64,000 nucleotides of DNA from an uncultured Acetobacteraceae bacterium (GTDB taxonomy: Bacteria; Pseudomonadota; Alphaproteobacteria; Acetobacterales; Acetobacteraceae). Below, one piece after another: positions 61,217 through 64,000 of the stretch. Under the pieces are notes generated by a model. That model did no database searches, was not told the DNA's origin, and saw nothing but the letters and a program-made list of their open reading frames with translations. Position 1 is the stretch's first letter, and each line of letters starts with the position of its first letter. Location: assembly GCA_964247675.1 (NCBI GenBank), contig CAXTVW010000004.1, positions 8,854-72,853 on the forward strand, in the 5' to 3' direction. Made by a program: the position numbers and the translations under genes.

Positions 61217-61350
61217 GGTCAACATTGCGGTAAGCGAGCCGCTCTTCGATGTGCTTACATCCTATCCGCGCCGCCTCGAGCAGGTCCTCACCACGGCGGC
61301 GGTGGTGCCCCAAGGCGAGCTGGATGCCTGGGCGGTATGGCATTACCTCC

Positions 61351-61486
61351 CGACTGGCGCAATCCTCAGCATACCTGGCGCCCCCAAGTAGCGGACTGAG
61401 GTATTAAAAAATGTTCCGAGGCCAATGCGGCTAGTACACAGCATCTAGCCAGTGTGCTTGAATTCGGCTCGTGACGCCGGACAACC
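61351..61486 (+). mobile_element. Fragment of an older IS66 copy (tnpB 3' end, intergenic region, first 5 codons of tnpC)
   Basis: It aligns by eye, at high but imperfect identity, with 62271-62406 of the downstream copy. Homology stops exactly before the GTAAGC end of the second copy. Confidence 0.75.
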
Positions 61487-61592
61487 GGACATCCGTAAGC
61501 ATCCGCCGAGGGCCGCCTACCCGGTTTAACTCGGCCATGCGATCTTAAAGGCGCTTCTAAGAGCGTCGTTAAGGTCAGGGGCGGCCGATCAG

Positions 61593-61975
61593 ATGGAGAT
61601 CATCACTGGGATTGAACGTCGCCGCCGGTGGAGGGACGAGGACAAGCTCAGGATTGTCGGCGAAGCCGAGCAGCCGGGTGCATGTTTTGCCGACGTCGCC
61701 CGGCGACACAAGATCAGCCGTGGTTTGTTATGGAACTGGCGGCAGCAGGTCCGGCGAGGGGCATTGGCTTCGAATGGCGCGCCAGCTTTTATGCCCTGCG
61801 GATCACAGCAGAGCACCAGCAGGTTACGCCGTCTCGGCCGACAATGCGCTCGTCGCCCCGCACCGCGGAAGCAGCCCGCATTGAGATCGCGCTCCCAGAC
61901 GGCACCTGCATCCGCGTCGGCGACGATGTCTGCTTGGCGGCGCTGCGGCGTGTGGTGAGCGCGCTGCGTCGATGA
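61593..61975 (+). pseudogene. tnpA: IS66 TnpA (orf1), frameshifted near 61780
   Basis: The N-terminal part MEIITGIERRRRWRDEDKLRIVGEAEQPGACFADVARRHKISRGLLWNWRQQ is in one frame. The C-terminal part LRITAE...IEIALPDGTCIRVGDDVCLAALRRVVSALRR is in another. Confidence 0.75.
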
Positions 61976-62319
61976 TCGCTCCGCCTGCGGCTACGCGCGT
62001 CTGGCTTGCAGTTGGCCATACGGACATGCGGCGCGGTATGAACGGATTGGCGTTGCAGGTTCAGCAATCCTTGCAGCGTGATCCTCATGGCGGTGACCTC
62101 TACGTTTTTCGCGGCAAACGTGGTGACCTGGTGAAAATTCTTTGGCATGATGGCCTGGGCATGTCGCTCTACGCCAAAAGGCTGGAACGTGGTCGGTTCA
62201 TTTGGCCGACGCCTACAGATGGCGCGGTGTCTATTTCGGGGGCGCAGCTATCCTACATGCTGGAAGGTATCGACTGGCGCAATCCGCAGCATACCTGGCG
62301 CCCGCAGGCAGCGGGCTGA
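61972..62319 (+). CDS. tnpB: IS66 TnpB (orf2)
   Basis: RVWLAVGHTDMRRGMNGLALQVQQSLQRDPHGGDLYVFRGKRGDLVKILWHDGLGMSLYAKRLERGRFIWP. Confidence 0.92.
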   Translation: MIAPPAATRVWLAVGHTDMRRGMNGLALQVQQSLQRDPHGGDLYVFRGKRGDLVKILWHDGLGMSLYAKRLERGRFIWPTPTDGAVSISGAQLSYMLEGIDWRNPQHTWRPQAAG

Positions 62320-62389
62320 CGCATAAAAAACGTTCCGAGACCAACGTGACTGGTACACAGCATCGAGCCAATGTGCTTGAATCCCTTCT

Positions 62390-63721
62390 GTGACGCCCGA
62401 CAACCAAGTCTTTCCTGAAGATATTGCCGGACTGCGGGCGGCATTGGCAGCGGAACGTGTTGCTCGGCAAGCCGCCGAGATCGGAGCATGTGATGCGCGG
62501 GCTCAGGCGTTGGGCGCCGAGGCGGTTATCGCACACTTGAAGCTGCTGATTGCCAAGCTGAAGCAGGAGAAGTTCGGCGCCTCCGCCGAGCGAGGCCGCA
62601 AGTTGGATCAGCTGGAACTACAACTGGAGGAGATTTCGGCGAACGTCGCCGAGGACCAGATCGCCGCTCAGGCCAAGACAAGCTGTGATGATGGCGCGCA
62701 GCGTTCCCCTGACCGGCGCAAGCCCGTCCGCGGTCCATTCCCCGCCCATTTGCCGCGGGAGCGGGTAGTCATCCCGGGCGCGGCCGCTTGCCCTTGCTGC
62801 CAAGGTAAGCTGGCCAAGTTGGGCGAGGACATTACCGAGACGCTGGAAGCTGTGCCGCGCTCCTGGAAGGTGGTGCAGACTGTGCGGGAAAAGTTCACCT
62901 GCCGGGCCTGCGAGACCATTAGCCAGGCTCCCGCGCCGTTCCATGTAATCGCCCGTGGCCGCGCCGGGCTGAGCCTGCTGGCAATGATTTTGGAAGCCAA
63001 ATACGGCCAGCATCTGCCGCTCAACCGGCAGAGCGAGACCTATGCCCGCGAAGGCATTGAGCTGGACGTCTCGACCATGGCTGACTGGGTGGGTGCGTGC
63101 ACGGCGACGTTGTCACCGCTGGTGACGCTCATTGAGGACCATGTGCTGGCCGCCGCCCGCATCCATGGCGATGACACGACCGTGCCCGTGCTCGCCAAGG
63201 GCCGCACGATAACTGGCCGTCTCTGGACCCACGTCCGAGATGACCGGCCATTCGGGGGTCCGGCTCCGCCAGCCGCCATGTTCTTCTACTCACGAGATCG
63301 CAGCGGCGAGCATTCCAGGCGGCATCTTGCCAAATATGCTGGCATTCTCCAGGCCGATGCTTATTCGGGATACACCGACCTCTACGATCCGGCACGCAAG
63401 CCAGGCCCGATCACTGAGGCCGCCTGCTGGGCACATGGTCGGCGCTATCTGTTCAAGTTGGCCGACTTGGCCAAGGGGCCGCTGGCGATCGAGGCTGTCC
63501 GTCGGATTGATGCGGTGTTCACCATCGAGCGAGACCTCAACTGTTTGCCGACGGCCGAGCGCCTGGCGGCGCGTGTGCGGGATGTAGCGCCACTGGTGGC
63601 CGACCTGGAGGACTGGATGAAGGCCGAGCGGAGTCGTCTGTCACGTCACGCCAATGTGGCAAAGGCTATGGATTACATGCCATGGAATTGGACGGCGCGG
63701 CTTGATAGGTTGGCGACCTGA
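62390..63721 (+). pseudogene. tnpC: IS66 TnpC transposase with an internal deletion of about 100 aa near the C-terminus
   Basis: Zinc-finger and DDE regions are present (CPCCQGKL..., HGDDTTVPVL, LQADAYSGY, CWAHGRRYL). However, AKAMDYM is joined directly to PWNW...*, so the RFLDDGRI...GRKN.LFAGSD segment seen in the 18.9-kb fragment is missing. Confidence 0.8.
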
Positions 63722-63775
63722 CTAGACCGCCCACGCGGGCGACCAGTAGTCATCCCGACTCAGAGGTGGGACCGA

Positions 63776-64000
63776 ATGGACAAGAACAAAGTTGTGGCTC
63801 CGACCGCAAAAGTTTTGTTTAGCGTCCCAAATGGAGAAGGTGGTGCCGACGTTGAAACGCTGTGGGCCCACGATTTAGGCGCAGATCACTACAAGCTCGA
63901 CAATCTTCCCTTTTACGCATACGGCGTGTCTTTAAACGACGTTGTTCACGCGCCATTCAGTGCTGAGCAGAAGTTTCCAACGTTCGATAAAATTTTGTTT
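63776..64000 (+). CDS. Partial (5' part) DUF4265-like protein, running off the window end
   Basis: ATG 63776. MDKNKVVAPTAKVLFSVPNGEGGADVETLWAHDLGADHYKLDNLPFYAYGVSLNDVVHA resembles the DUF4265 pattern (E.LWA..L....Y.L.N.PF.A.GVS..D.V). GC is low. Confidence 0.45.
   Translation, partial: MDKNKVVAPTAKVLFSVPNGEGGADVETLWAHDLGADHYKLDNLPFYAYGVSLNDVVHAPFSAEQKFPTFDKILF

Larger units (their letters stand above)
61495..63775 (+). mobile_element. IS66-family element, 3'-incomplete (left end GTAAGCATCCGCC...)
   Basis: A GTAAGC-type terminus is followed by tnpA, tnpB and tnpC in canonical order. No matching right inverted repeat was found before the low-GC gene at 63776. Confidence 0.8.

Noticed and set aside
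61191-61391. A 66-aa ORF spanning the TniQ end and the IS66 fragment.
   Set aside because: Its 3' third is simply the out-of-context tnpB tail of the old IS66 copy, so the ORF is a junction artefact.

Overview
High-GC, alphaproteobacterial-type (Rhizobiales-like) accessory DNA. It reads as a mosaic genomic island with heavy gene decay, not core chromosome.

Intact modules, in order:
- 0.9-4.0 kb: an XRE regulator, an NdpA/NA37-like protein and a large C-terminally membrane-anchored protein, next to a truncated type I RM hsdM. Nearby are a low-GC DUF2971 gene, an SRAP (YedK-like) peptidase, a ParB-like protein and a frameshifted TIR-like gene.
- 11.5-14.3 kb: two overlapping tyrosine recombinases, flanked by paralogous secreted-protein genes.
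- 20.0-27.0 kb: a translationally coupled five-gene operon of glycosyltransferase, acyl-AMP ligase, carrier protein, AlgX/AlgJ-like SGNH protein and methyltransferase.
- 31.6-35.2 kb: dnaE2 preceded by a coupled 79-aa ORF and a GAAC-N7-GAAC SOS box. No imuA or imuB is present.
- 37.2-39.9 kb: an OmpR-type two-component system.
- 41.6-49.7 kb: three c-di-GMP turnover genes.
- 51.1-51.6 kb: a DUF2384 antitoxin-like gene with a non-RES 66-aa partner.
- 53.8-56.9 kb: a 1019-aa beta-helix/RTX-like protein that looks like a type I secretion substrate.
- 58.7-61.2 kb: tniB-tniQ with no transposase gene.
- 61.35 kb to about 63.8 kb: nested IS66 copies, followed to the window end by a partial low-GC gene.

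Between these lie many remnants: IS5 and IS66 debris, and decayed PIG-L, Xis-like, saccharopine-dehydrogenase-like, YcaQ-like, LigD-PE, histidine-kinase and TadE genes. Long genes are intact, so the decay looks real rather than a sequencing artefact.

No rRNA, tRNA or CRISPR array was recognised. All family assignments come from motif recognition by eye and need HMM or BLAST confirmation.
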